64,000 nt of DNA from Eledone cirrhosa (lineage: Eukaryota): assembly GCA_964016885.1 (NCBI GenBank), contig OZ024742.1:219356001-219420000 (forward strand). Direction: 5' to 3'. A program made the translations under genes and the position numbers. Shown one piece after another: positions 50,707 to 64,000 of this stretch (its first letter is position 1; each line of letters starts with the position of its first letter). The notes under the pieces are model-generated. The model made no database searches. It was not told the origin of the DNA and saw only the letters and a list, made by a program, of their open reading frames with translations.

Positions 50707-53339
50707 CATCAACCTAACAAAAACCTTGTTCTTACATGAGTATAGAGCTAGAACTTAAGAGTAGGGTTTGGCTGAGTGAATCAACTACAGTACATCTTTG
50801 GAAAGAGGACAATCAAAGTCAACCTCTAAAAAAAGTCTAACGTCTGTCTCAAACCTGGAGGTTCATCAGGTCGGTGCTTATCCCGTGTGGAGTTAAGCAA
50901 CTAGGAGTACAAGTCTCCCCTTCTGGACAGGATGCCAGTCCACTGCAGTGTTAAACTCCCAGCTATCACTGTGAAATGAGTTTTACTTGAGAACACAACA
51001 CACAACCCAGTCCAAGAATTGAACAGACGACATTCAACACCCTTACCACTAGGCCTCATGCCCCCACTCAGTGGATCAAACTCAACCTCAGTGAGATTCA
51101 AACTTAAAGAGATATAACTAAATACTGTGATGCATATTTACAGTAATGTTTCTGCCTCCCAATCACCCAATTAATACACTTACTCATCATATCGAGATTA
51201 AGTCATTAATAAGCTGGAACCAAAATTAAGCTAAAACAATTTTTACAAATTAATTTTTCTAATTAATTTCATTTATTTATTTTGTATTTCTTTTGCTCAG
51301 AAGAAAAATATCTGTGCTGACATCCATCCTTTTCTATTCAGTGGGTTTATATGCCCCATTTTTAGTCTTGTATCTAGTCAACAAATTACAGCAAAATTCT
51401 ATTTTGATTTTATCTGTTTAATAATTTCACACTTCAAATCTCAAGAATGTATATTAATAATGCCTAGCTGTGATTGTTCAGGTTAATTTCACCTGTAACA
51501 TTTGAAGGAATTTACAGGTATTCTACAAAACAATTGGTTTTCACATACTTCTCATTTGCATTTTGTTTAGTTAGTAATTGGCCCATTAAATTGGATCAAC
51601 GCTCCTCTATCTTTATAAATGCAGTGAAGTATTAAAAGTATTTTTATACAATATTAAATATTAACCTAAATTATGTTTGGTGAATAAAATTATTTACAAT
51701 AAAATGTTTCTGAATATATTTCAGTGAATAGGACTGAAATATATTTATCTTCTGGAAATTGTCATCACGAACATGTACAAAAACCAGTTGAAGAGCCGGC
51801 AAAAGTGTTGATACATTCTCACTTGGTTTTCTCAACATAGCACCTAAATTACTCTCAATTAACTTCCTTCTGTCATTAAAATATAAATTGCTGACACAAT
51901 GAACCTTCTGCCAGTAGGTTCATTGTAACATTTCATATGCCTCCTATGTCTTATGATGTAAAGTAACTTGCATGATATAAAGTAACTTCATTAGTGCTGG
52001 TATAATAAAATACACTTGGTACACATAGTAAAGTGGTTGGCATTGTAAAAGGCATTCAGCCATAGAAACCTTGCTAAAAACAGAATATACAAAACAAGAT
52101 ACAGTTGTACAACATCTAGGTGGGTAGAAATTCTGAATAATTGATTTGGATTATGACAATCTTTCCAACCCATGCAAGCATGGAATGTGGATGTTGAATA
52201 ACAATGAAGATTTGTGACCCATTTGGCTAATATTTATTTCCAGCTTTAATGGGGTTTAGTCTTTAAGAAATAAATCTTTAAGAACTGAACTCACTACTAC
52301 ATCTGAACAAATCATTTATTTGAGAAATGATGCCATCTGTGCCACCTACATATAACTAGGTAGGGTTGGTAGTTAAGAGTTCAGTATCTTAGCTACAGAC
52401 AATACAATGCATGTGATAGGGAGAAAACTACCAATTTCTTAATTGTGTCAGCAATTTATATTTTAATTACAATTTCAGGTTTATACTTATATGGTTCTAA
52501 AACAAAGTATGTAATATGGAAGCCAGGGAAGATGGCACAAAGAGAAGAATCTTGAAACAATACATATTGTTAATACAATTATATTTCAGACTTATTCTCA
52601 TATATAGAGATAAAACATTATTTTTAAATATATAAATCTACATTATGCATCTATCATCATTGTGTCTTATTCCGGGATATGTACATAACACCAGACTATG
52701 TGAACTAGGAAGCTTTATTTCTAATTAATGGTAGTAATGTACATATTTGTACATATTTTAGTGGCATAGTAAATAAGTTTCTTACTTCATTTAGCTTAGA
52801 AATAAAGGCTCCCCAATTTGAATCTAGTCTGGCATTATGTAGACAGTTATAAGAGATTAGAGATCAAATCTATTAAAATATAATGTATATGTAAATATTT
52901 TTTAATGTTTTATCCTTGAAGACTGAAAAATTATGAAAGTATAATTAACTCAGACACATTGAATACATATTGTATTAAACTGAAAGGCTGAAAACTGCAA
53001 TAGTTTATAGTTTTGAAAATTATAAATATATAACAATAATAGAAATTGGCAACCAGCCTTAAAAAAACATTTACAAAACACACACAATACATATAACAGA
53101 GTCAACTCAGACCTCATAGCAGTAGAAAATTAAGAAACAATGGGGAAGAAGCAGTACAAACAGACATATGAATGGTGGACCATAGAGAAGATATACAGTA
53201 AGACTGGGGTTACTGTAGTGTAGAGCTGTCTAAATCATGTATTTTCCCATGCAAAATTGCTAGCAAATAATTCCTATTAATTTTTTGCCATCTTTCCAAG
53301 TTCAGCTGAAGTTCATAAGTCAAAGATTAGAGTGTCTTC

Positions 53340-53830
53340 TGATAGAACATTCATCATCAAGTTTGGCTTGATAAGCTTTCTCCATTCTGGTTCATTGTTC
53401 GAGTTTGCCATTTGTTATGACCAATTCCTTTCCACTTCATATTTTCTTTTGCAATATCTTTTAATCTCAGTCCAGGTCTTACTTGGTTTCTTTCCCCCAT
53501 GTATAGTTGGAAATAAAGGAGTTGTCTGGGGAGTCTGCTGTTGTCCATCTTGTATACGTATCCCAACCATTGTAAATTTCTATCAGTGAGGATTTCCAGG
53601 CAGCTTTATAGACTGTCTAAATTTCAGCTCCATACAATAGGGAAGAAAACACTAGAGCCTGGTATTGCTTACATATGGCCCATATATAAATATGCCTATT
53701 TTTCAACATACTCTCCTGTAGCATGCCAAATTCAGCACTAGCTCCACTCATTTTATAAGTGATTTCTTGGTCCAGTCATACATTATCTGTATTTGAATGC
53801 TTGGCACTGGACTAGTCCTTCATGTCTAAT
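53340..53830 (-). mobile_element. Degenerate RTE/BovB-like LINE 3' fragment
   Basis: MDNSRLPRQLLY..L..GERN..RP.LRLKD..KENMK. Confidence 0.65.
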
Positions 53831-53901
53831 AGTGGTGTTTTCTTGTTACATTAAGAACAAGAAAACATGACAACCATATTAAATTGTAAAATTCTACTAA
53901 C

Positions 53902-54057
53902 CAAACCACAGTTTATAGATATTCCTTCTTTTGCTCGGTCTCCCGTAGCTCCAGTACGTTTAAGTCTTTCTGATCCAGCAAGGTCAACAAAATGGAATTT
54001 GGCAGTCAAAGTTTCATATGTAGGTTGAGCTGAATCTTCTTTGCTTTCATCTAACAT
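53902..54057 (-). CDS. KIF21: KIF21 exon with switch II ([34 protein letters not shown])
   Basis: 156 bp, phase 0-0, ttctag / gttagt; matches ORF 53851..54057. Confidence 0.95.
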
Positions 54058-56979
54058 CTAGAATAAAAATATATAAGACATCCTCACTGAAAGAATTCAA
54101 GTAATTATAAAATCTACAAATGCTGCTTTTTTACAGTTTGGTGAAAAGACATGATGAAACTGAACTTTATTTATTTCATTTATAAAACAACAGGATATGC
54201 ACAAGTAAATATAATTTCTAGCTTGTAAATATTGGGGAAGGTGTGTTGACTCTGGAGGGATGAAAGGCAAGGCCAACCTTAGTAAAATTTGAACTCATAA
54301 TACAGAAGCATAACCAAAGGCCAACATTTATTTGTCTAGCACTCCAGAGATTAAAATATAAATAATCAAACTTTATATTTAAAAAACAACAAAATAATAA
54401 TAATAAAACGTGCATCATTTAAAACTAGCAATGGCCTATGATGGTGGTTATCAGACTGTGTTACTATGTTGAATCTACAACTCTGGCATTTGTATAAACA
54501 GAAATCTTTAGGCTGATCTCTTAGATGGGCTGGGGGTTGCGTCATGTTTACATTCATTCCCACACTCTGCATAATGCACTATGCATTTTATTGTAGCACC
54601 AACAATAGAGAAGTTGTAATGTCTTTCACAAAACTGAAAAGTTCACTACCTTTTGTTTGACAAATTTTCTATGGCTGGATGCCCTTCTTATCACCAACTA
54701 TAATGATTGAACATTCCACAAACATGTTATTCTCAAGCCAAGCCAACATGATATGTGACAAAGCTAGAACCTTTGAATTACAGATACAATCCATACAATG
54801 GGTGCCTAGTCAATTTCCATCTACCAAAATTTTGTCCAAAATTCCACAGAACTATTGAATTATATGATTGTCAAATGAAATTCTTAACCATTCAGACATG
54901 CCTGTGTCCATAAAAGAACTTTATTGATAACAACTTATAACATGAACAATTTTCTCTTTCATGAATCTTTTGTAGGTAAATTCAATGGTTTGGATATTTT
55001 GAAGCATGCCATTACTATAAATGAGAGTTGCAAGGTTTACACAAGGTATTCTCTTAAAATACTGTAGAAAAGTACATGATATATTTTCCAGCCATTCAAA
55101 ATCACTGATATGAGGTTTCTGTGTCAGTTTTTATTTTTGGTTTTTGAAATGGGTTATTTACTTAGTTTTAAAGACCTGTATAAGCAGCTTTTACAATTTC
55201 TATATATCTAGTAGAACAACTATAGATTTTTTATGAAATAAATCACTTTAATGCACATCTATGATTTTTCAATGCAAATTTAATTTGTAATTCAATAATT
55301 TTTGCTGCTGTTGTTTAGTCCCAGGTCAGCCTTTATCTCATAAACCTATGATCTATGTCTAAGGCATTCCAGCTGTGACCATCCACATTTTTTTCTTACA
55401 TAATATATCTATGATTATATTATCCTTTGTAAGATAATATAGTAATTAATATATCAATGCTGTTTTAAGGCAGTAGTGAATGATTTAGCTACTATTTCTA
55501 GTAGGACACTTATTTAAATACTTTAAACAAAGTGGATTCCATTAAAGTTACCCAAGGACCAGATAGTGACATCAAACCAGGGATGAGATTAAACCTACCA
55601 CCTAAGAACAAGTACAGTTTCAGGTTATCCAATTTCAAACACATGGCTTAGGTCAAGCTATACTATAGTAGAAGACCCTTGCTCAAGGTGCTCTGAAATA
55701 GTATCAAACTTGCTGAAATATTCTTGAAAAGCAAACTTTATAACCACATGGTCATATTTTTCCATCTAGACATTTACATATGGAGATAGTTAGTGTTCAC
55801 AAAGGCATCCGGTCATAAAAAAACCATGCTAAATATGAAACATATGAGGCTGCTCCACCCCCCACCTAGTCACAGACTATGACAAACTATGCAATCCATT
55901 CCAATGTGAAAAGAGGGTGTAAAAACGATGATGATGTGTAACCAGAACTTTCGTGACTTTTTAGTATCTAATTAGACACACGTCTGTAATTCTTTTCCTA
56001 TTTGAACTTCCAAATGAGGTCTTTGTGTGTTAACCACTTAGTTTCAAAGGTCCATCAATAGATCCAAGCTGAAACAACTGTCTATGTTACAGTATCAGAG
56101 CATTTTGAGTTTTGCAATTCCAAACATAAGAGGAATATATATTTGATTGTATTGAAAAGATGTAGTAGTCACCTATCCACCATCACATTGTGAAAATCTG
56201 TTAGCTATCCTGCAATCATTGTTTAAATTTTTCAAATTTCACCAAACAATTTCAATAATGAGACCACTTCTAACTTTTTTTTTTCTCTTTTACTGTTCAT
56301 TCAGGGAGGAAAGGATAATGCCCATGACTCTTTTCAAGTTTTCTGAAAATGATAGGAGGGAGGAAGGAAGTTAGACTCGAACCAGAGGCCTAGCCGAAAT
56401 ATTTACAATACAGTAGACTTTGCTAAAGGAAACCATATGTCAGATTAAGTTTACATTGTAATGTTGTTGGCATTAGGAAGGGCATCCAGCTGTAGAAACC
56501 AAGCCAAAATACAGATCTGTATGGGCATGTTGTGGTCTCCGTATTTGACTTGTCTCAATGTGACAACCCATAAAACCCATGCAAGCATGGAAAAAACGAC
56601 ATTAAATGAAGATCTAAGTAGGTCATGGCAGGATTTGAACTCATAATGTTGAAGACCAAAGAAGACTTGGATGGAAGTGGTGAGAGCTGGACATTCATTA
56701 AGCTTTTTAAATGCCATAAAATATCTGAACTAAGTTTCTTATTTTAAAATAGAGAAACTGAACAGATGATTGAGGTTTCTTTTATTACTAAAAGAAGTAA
56801 CATTTAATAAATAATTTGTAATAATATTAGAAGTGGCAGCAGCTAAACAATTACACATCAAATGCAATAATAAAATAGAATAAAACAATTATAGATCTGT
56901 CTAGAGTGGCACCTCAACAATTGGCTGTATCAGTTGCAGGAACATGATGATGTAGTAAGGAAAATGGAATAAAACTTAC

Positions 56980-57105
56980 TTCAGCAGCAAATCTATCTTG
57001 TTTGATGTGCAGAGAGAATATAGCATGTGAACGAGAGGATTGAACATTCATCTTAGTACTAGCTGTAGCTCGGGAAAGTGCACCACCTTTTAAGAGCTGT
57101 AGAGT
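56980..57105 (-). CDS. KIF21: KIF21 exon with switch I ([23 protein letters not shown])
   Basis: 126 bp, phase 0-0, cacag / gtaagt. Confidence 0.95.
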
Positions 57106-57418
57106 CTGTGAAAATAATAATAATATAGTAATAATAATATAGTAATAATAATACAGTTATAATAACAACAACAACAACAACACAATCTTTTCTGTTTAAT
57201 TCTGATAATAAATTTAATTGATATTTAATAAAATGCAAATATCCCTAATACAGAATTAATTCATATCTTCTATACTCCTTAATACTTCTTTTTACCTCCT
57301 CCCACCTTTCTATATTTATTTTCTCAATTTTTAAAACTTTATTTACCTATCAACTTCTGTGACATGACTTAAGTAAATGTGAGGATATATAAAAAAAAAA
57401 AACTATCAAAACCAATGA

Positions 57419-57910
57419 TGTATGCCCTAAGTATCAAGTTGATACATGGTACCCATTGCATGTAAAGTGAAATCAGGGCTCCAGAAACTGAGACACTGGT
57501 CATGAATCTTGAGTAATGACCGAAAGAATACAATCGCGAATACAAGCAACTGAAATGGAGTTCCTCCAAAGGGTCTTTGGAATAACGTTAATCAATAGAG
57601 TGCATAGCTCGGAGATTAGAGAGTCACTCCAGGTAGAGCCACTACTTCCTTGAATTGAAAGATCACAGCTCCAATACTATGGGGATGGGGTTAGAATGTC
57701 TCAAGAAAGAATCGTTGGACAGATATTACAGGCAAAACCAACCAGCAGGAGGCCCAGGGGTAGACCACAAGCAAGATGGTTGGATAACATCCATGAACTT
57801 GGCTGGTCTCTCTTGGGAATTCAGCCAGATCAATTGGAAATGGTTGCTTCTGACAAAACCTGCTGGAAGGCGTGTAATGATTTTGCCCCCACGACCCTCC
57901 CAGGAATAAG
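57419..57910 (+). mobile_element. 3' fragment of the second RTE-like LINE family
   Basis: RIQATEMEFLQR..., MSQERIVGQILQAKPTSRRPRGRPQARWLDNI. Confidence 0.78.
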
Positions 57911-59058
57911 TGCGCAAAGGAGTAGAAATCATTTGAAATCAAATGAACTACAACCATGGTGAAATTAATTATAAAAAAAAAAAAAAAAAAAAAATTAATC
58001 AATATAAAATATATAACGACTGTTATAGTATAAGTTTATTGATATAAAAGTAATGTGTCACAGTCCTTTCAAAGGTTCAGCAACATTATTACCATTTCAT
58101 CATTGTTGACGGTGTTTCTATGGTTTCTGAGGCTATTTGATATTGTTTAGAAAAAAAAATGTGAATTCAATAGCCACAGTGCTTGCTCTTCAAATCGTGT
58201 TGAGACAAAGGGAAGCTTGTCTTATTTCAGAGAGGAGCTGGTGCTGTACTCTGCCATGCTCCACATTGAAACCTATTCTCAGTCTGTGAAAAGCAATAGC
58301 AAGCACCATCAATGGGATGCAATTCTCTTAGTGGAATTTGAGCTAAAAGTAGAATAGATACTGAAATGCATCTCATCCAATTTTCTAGCAATTCTGCTAA
58401 CCCATTGTTCTAGACTAATACTTTACTCACTGATTCTGAAAGGATTAACGGCCAAGTTGACCATGATGAGATTTAAACAGTGAAGAGACCCATAACACAT
58501 ACTGCTAAGTGTTCTACCTGATGCTTTACCAACTACCTTCACCACCTAAAGGGTCAACTGAACAAAAACAGTCTGATTTCTTATTGCTAGTGTCTAAAAC
58601 AAAAACAAATCTAAGATGTATGTATGGTTCCATAACTCCAAGGAGAGTTGTTGGGGCACGATATTGACTTACAGTGTTTCTAGGGCATTTTTTTATACCT
58701 GGTGGAGCCCATCTCTCCAAATCTGAATACAGCAGATTTCTTCCAAAGAAGGATAGAAAGTGAGAGAGGAAAGTGAGAAAGAGATATAGAGGAAAAATCA
58801 ACCCCAGTACTTGACTGGTACTTTTTTTATCGAACTTGAATGGATAAAAGACAAAGTTGTCCTTTGCAGGATTTGAATTCAGAGAGCCAACACATACAAG
58901 CAGTATGATGTATGATCTGTAGAGGAAAAACATTTCTATTGAAGAGAATAATTAATTCCTTATATTTAGACAGAAGCCTGGTTTCATGCAGAAACTGAAA
59001 ACAGCACATGGTTATTTAAATGATGCTAGATACTAGAACATGAAAAACAGGAACTTAC

Positions 59059-59151
59059 AGCATTAAGAGAATCAACTGGTCGTGTGTTGACACCAACTAC
59101 ATAAATACCTCCATTAGCATCTTCATGAACTTTGATGTGAGATTTTCTATT
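59059..59151 (-). CDS. KIF21: KIF21 exon NRKSHIKVHEDANGGIYVVGVNTRPVDSLNA
   Basis: 93 bp, phase 0-0, tttcag / gtaagt. Confidence 0.93.
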
Positions 59152-59970
59152 CTGAAAAGAGAATTTTTATGCTTGATAAATAAAATGCATAGAGAACTAA
59201 TGAAATAATAAATTCAAGGTACACAAGAGGATGCATTACACTGGAATAGGGGAAAAAGCTGAATATGAAAATTTGATTGTATGATATGCAACTTAAATAA
59301 GTTGCAGAATCTCAGTAATAAAAATAAAACAAAAAGAAAAACTATTTTTTGTTACAGTTCTATCAAGCTATGTCTCTCAAAAGAAGACATTTTAAATATA
59401 TATTTTAATTATAGAATAATATTTAAAATAATTTCTTTGTTATCTAGCTTTTTTTTTTTTTTTTTTGCATTTGGTGCAGTGTTCAGAACATTTACATACT
59501 TCAGTTCTCTTATGTTGCTTCTACATCAAAATTTCACCATACAGGATGAATTCATTTCACATTAAATTTTCTAAGATTCTCATGAATAGAATACTAAAAT
59601 ATTTCATCTGTCAGCATTTTAGCCTCTAATAGGAAATACTGTAATTCTGCCAAGCTAGCAAAGGTTAGATGGGTGTACAATTTCAGATATTTCTATGATA
59701 AATTTCTATTTCTTACAACCCATCAGAAGGCTGCCCATTTTCAACAGAATTGATTAAAGAATGAGAGGTTGTGTGTCTTGTTTTAAAATAGCTCTCTTCA
59801 ATAGCATTTGCAGATTTTGAAATATTACACTTTAGTCAAAAGTCCAGCATTATAATTACACAACCTGTCATCAGTATAAGACATTAGGGAAGCTTAAGCT
59901 AAAAGCAGCAACTGGGCTTTTTAATTAACAAAAACAATTTTTTAAAAGAATAATTAATAAGAAAACTTAC

Positions 59971-60027
59971 TCTGGATTCTAAATCTTTGGTTGGGTCTAA
60001 TAAGTCAAGAATTTCCTCATTATACAA
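59971..60027 (-). CDS. KIF21: KIF21 exon LYNEEILDLLDPTKDLESR
   Basis: 57 bp, phase 0-0, tttcag acceptor and gtaagt donor; motor-domain motif. Confidence 0.93.
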
Positions 60028-61512
60028 CTGAAAATACATAAAAATAATTATTTCAACATCAGAGATTGAAATTAAAGAAAATACAATGTTATGGTATTAA
60101 GTTTCACTTTCCTTTTAATACCTTGAAATGTTAATAAAGTCCAATGCTTAGCAACAATTTCATAGTAAACTTAAAAAACTAAAGCAACAATTTCAAGGTA
60201 ATCTTCCAAAACTGGAGGAAAGAAAAGAAAGCAGAAACCACTCTTGGGTAACTGTAGAGGTATTCATAGACTGGAGATCTGGGTTAAATACCTGTAACAT
60301 AGCAGTGTTAAGCTGATTGGATTAAGCAATGGATTAAGTCTACCACCAAATAACAAGTTATAGTTTGTGTAATGGGCTGCCACTGGTTATTGAAATTATA
60401 TATTTGAAATGTGATAAGTTTCATAGTAATGCCTGAAACAGCAGATCTGTATTCTGTATCCCCTATAATCACTTTTCCATGTCACTTACCATTGACATCG
60501 ACCACTATTAACCAACTTCTCTTTTTCAACATCACTCAACTTACTGCTATCTCATCATACTGCACATACTGTTTTCCTCTTCAATCTCCTTACCAACAAC
60601 CAGCCAGCTTGTCGTGATCACTGTATCTCTTCCATTACTCCTTTCACTACCACAGTCACATTTTGTGTTCAACCCATGCACGTTCAGAAAATGGATGTAA
60701 AATGATAAGAGAAGTTTCACAGTAATGTTTGTTTGTTGAATTATTTCATGAAATAGATAATGTGGTAATTGTTTAAGAACCATAAAAAGATATTACTATT
60801 ATTTTTTAGAACAATATATTTAGTGATTAGAACATCAGTCTTGATTTTTTAAAATGATGGTTCTAGTTCCAGTTTCTGGTATAGCTGAGGAATTTAGCTC
60901 ATATCCCAAAAGAGAAAATGGCGTTAAAAAAAAAAAAAAAAAAAAAAAAAATTGTGCATTATATTTTCAAATGTAAGCACCTGTTCCTAACAGCTAACTG
61001 AACTGAGTTAAATAAGAATGTGTCTACAAAAAAATCCAAAAAGAGGGAGTAGTCCAAAACCATATTGTAGAGGAGATATTCAATCTTTGGCACCTATTTC
61101 AACAGCTACATGAACTGATATGTATAACATTAAGTATACTATATAATACACCTAGCATAGTTTTGAACTTAAGATTTTGTACTTTCAGTTAAAAAAATGT
61201 TATCAACACATGAATAATTTCATCTGAGTTAGATAGCTATGTAGAAGTAAAATTTCATGACAGAAGAACCACAGAATACCATACTAGTATATCTAATATA
61301 AAATTGCTAGAAAAATAACTTATGCAGAAGAGTTCCAAAATAATATGGAACCAACAATTAGTAATATTTTCAATAGCTTAAAGGAAGAAAGGTAGCATCA
61401 CTGGCCTTTTTAGGACCTCTATAACTGATGAGAGGAAGGAAAGCAGTTATAAGACAGAATGGACTGTTAAAGACACCTAATGGTCAGGTTTTGAAATAAT
61501 ACTACATATATG

Positions 61513-61555
<43 letters not shown>

Positions 61556-64000
61556 ATAGTGTGAGTTGGGTCAGAGTTTAATATAATCAAAGAATAAACA
61601 AAAATCTTCAGTGAATCAGCAGATAATTCAGTATTTACTTCACTCGTAACCTTATAAATCTATATCTGTCCTCAACAGTTCAATGACATATTACTGAAGT
61701 ATCTCATGTTGCAGGATTCAGACACTTGTCTTCAATATTTCTTCATCTTGTAAATCATAACAGATGTTAGGCAATATTTTCCTTGAATATATAACATCTT
61801 TCTAGAGCTTTCAGATAATTATATTGCTGACAAAAATATTGTATTTACTGCCACCTACCCACCATTTTAGAGTTACAATTCTAGCAGAGCTATTCTGAAT
61901 CACTTTCCATTACAGGATTCTTTTCTTATTGTTCTCCCACTTATTCCTGGAAGGGTTGTGGAGGCAGAGTCCTCAAACACTCCTTCCAGCAGGTCTTGTT
62001 AGAAGAAACTGTCGTCAATTGACCTGGTTGGATCCCCAAGCAAGACCAACTGGGTCTGAGAAAAGTACCAGATTGGTGACCGATGTGAATAAGACCACCA
62101 AATATCACTGCAATATGGTAAGACACTTCCATTACTGGATTCAGATGGTAAAATGTAGAATTGAGTTTTAAAGAATACATCTGATATTATAAGTTCAAGC
62201 TAAAATGTTAATATTTACATGTCACAGAATATGAGGAAATTTAAATACAGATTAATTTGGGAAATTAAATTGTTGATGGTCAAATTATTTCTGGATTATT
62301 TTTCATCACATTTGTATAAATAACAAATATATTATGGAAAGTCCTCAGTACCAACTGTGACTAACTTCTAACTATCTTCCATTTTATGAGCCAGCTTAAA
62401 CAATGAGTTCTTAGTCCCCACTTCCTTCCCTCCCACTCAGTCATGTTGATTTCTATTGAAGCAGAAATAAACTGAAGATATCACATACAGTAGAGTGGAT
62501 ATCCAGAAATAGAAATAATTTAGAATATAGAGAGTGCTTAGTGTGATTGTTTCACCACAACAGGTTCAACTATAATAAAGACATCATCATCATCGTTGTT
62601 TTAATGTCCTCTTTCTCTGCTAGCAAGGGTTGAACAAGTCTACATAGACCAAGTCAGTACTGAAGTGAGCTACTGATCTGGATAGGCTAGGCGTTCTGCA
62701 CCTTGCTTATGTACAGTCATATGTTCTACTAAGTGCACAGGAGAGATTGGCATGTCTGATACACCCAAGGATCCTCCTAACTCATTGTTTGGAAAGCTTT
62801 CTATGACTGGATGCCCTTCCTATCACCAACCACTTTACAGAGTGTACTGAGTGATTTTACCATGTAAATCACCAAAACTAGGGAGGCTATCATGTTTGGC
62901 AAAACACTATTCTATCAATGATTGACAATATAAATGGCATCCAGTTATAAACATTTTTACCATGTTTGAATGGGTTGGTTGAAGTTTCTCACCCTCTTTA
63001 CAGAGAGGACTGGGTTTATTTATCACACAACCAGTGCTAAAGAGGCTCACTGATGCAGAACCAAACTGTCAACTCCATCCTATATCAGACTGTTTTTGTT
63101 GTTATTGCCCTACATCACAAGACAGGTGTTTGTGATGTGGTGGCACTGGACACAATAAAGCCATTGTTATGTAGCTGCACTCACTAACCTTCACCAAAAT
63201 CTCAAACTGGTTCTAGGTCAGTATTAATGTAGAAGAGCTGTAGATGGTTAAGTTGATAGTGTACCAAGCAACAAGCTGAGAGGTCACCAACACACTTGAC
63301 TGCCAATGATCAAATTCAACAAATTATAAGTAGGTACTCAGAGTAGTAGTAGAATAAGTCAACATACTAATCACAGCAGTAACATGAGATTTGTTAGGCT
63401 TCAAGTACCAAATTCTATTCAACCTAGAGGAAAGATTGCCTGCAATTAAACTTTATTCTATTGTGACAGATTTGTTTAATTCCCACAACACTACAGAAAC
63501 TGCTGTCAGCACTAAGCCAGTGGTTAAAAAAAACAGACAACAGATATGTAAAACCAATGAGAATACTGGTAATAAATGTAGGAACAGAAACTTCAGTAAA
63601 ACAGTGATAGTCTCCAATGGAAAATTCTTTTGAAATAATAAAATTCTCCATGCTGCAAGGAGAGATGAATTCTGACATATCAAGTAGTTCCATTCCTGCT
63701 TCAGAGAAATTTTACAAATTTTAGGTTCTGTATGTGTTGTTTAACCCTACATAAATTCAAATCAAGCAATCCAACTATAACCAACTTATCCATATATATT
63801 AGGGTATATATTGTCCAAAGTGTTCCTTAAAACTTCAAGGTTTGATTAGAGGGAGATTTGACTGCTGTTTCTTGCATGTTGAGTAACCATTTTACAGCTA
63901 CCTCATTAAATTATAAAACATGACATTGTCATACCATATGCCAACTCTATGCAAGTAGGCCTCTGATAAAAGAAGTTCTGTCTTTTTAAGGGTATGTCCT

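Noticed and set aside
61421-61450. CTGATGA...GAAA hammerhead candidate
   Set aside because: The intervening sequence is all purine and cannot form stem II.
60028-64000. Upstream KIF21 exon (expected to end near ...QFLE)
   Set aside because: No matching exon found by eye; it probably lies beyond the window.

Overview
AT-rich, repeat-dense animal genomic DNA. The repeat families and (TA)n-rich style suggest an octopus or other coleoid cephalopod, but that is inference. The whole window lies inside one minus-strand gene for a kinesin-4 motor of the KIF21A/B type. I traced 22 coding exons with GT-AG boundaries whose phases join into one open frame, from mid motor domain (LYNEEI, SSRSH, DLAGSE) through the coiled-coil stalk; the start codon and the WD40 tail lie outside the window. 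The introns hold RTE-clade LINE copies, two tRNA-derived SINE families, mariner and maT-type DNA transposon relics, a piggyBac-like MITE, two minisatellites and long microsatellites. The most interesting part is the ~24 kb intron (15374-39173). It holds several unrelated, mostly palindromic, microsatellite-associated elements carrying type I hammerhead ribozyme motifs, two with intact cores on the pre-mRNA strand. It also holds a nested ~2.3 kb inverted-repeat complex, frame-preserving microexon candidates, and an AG|GTAAGA recursive-splice-like site behind a 1.3 kb pyrimidine tract. All coordinates and pairings were read by eye.
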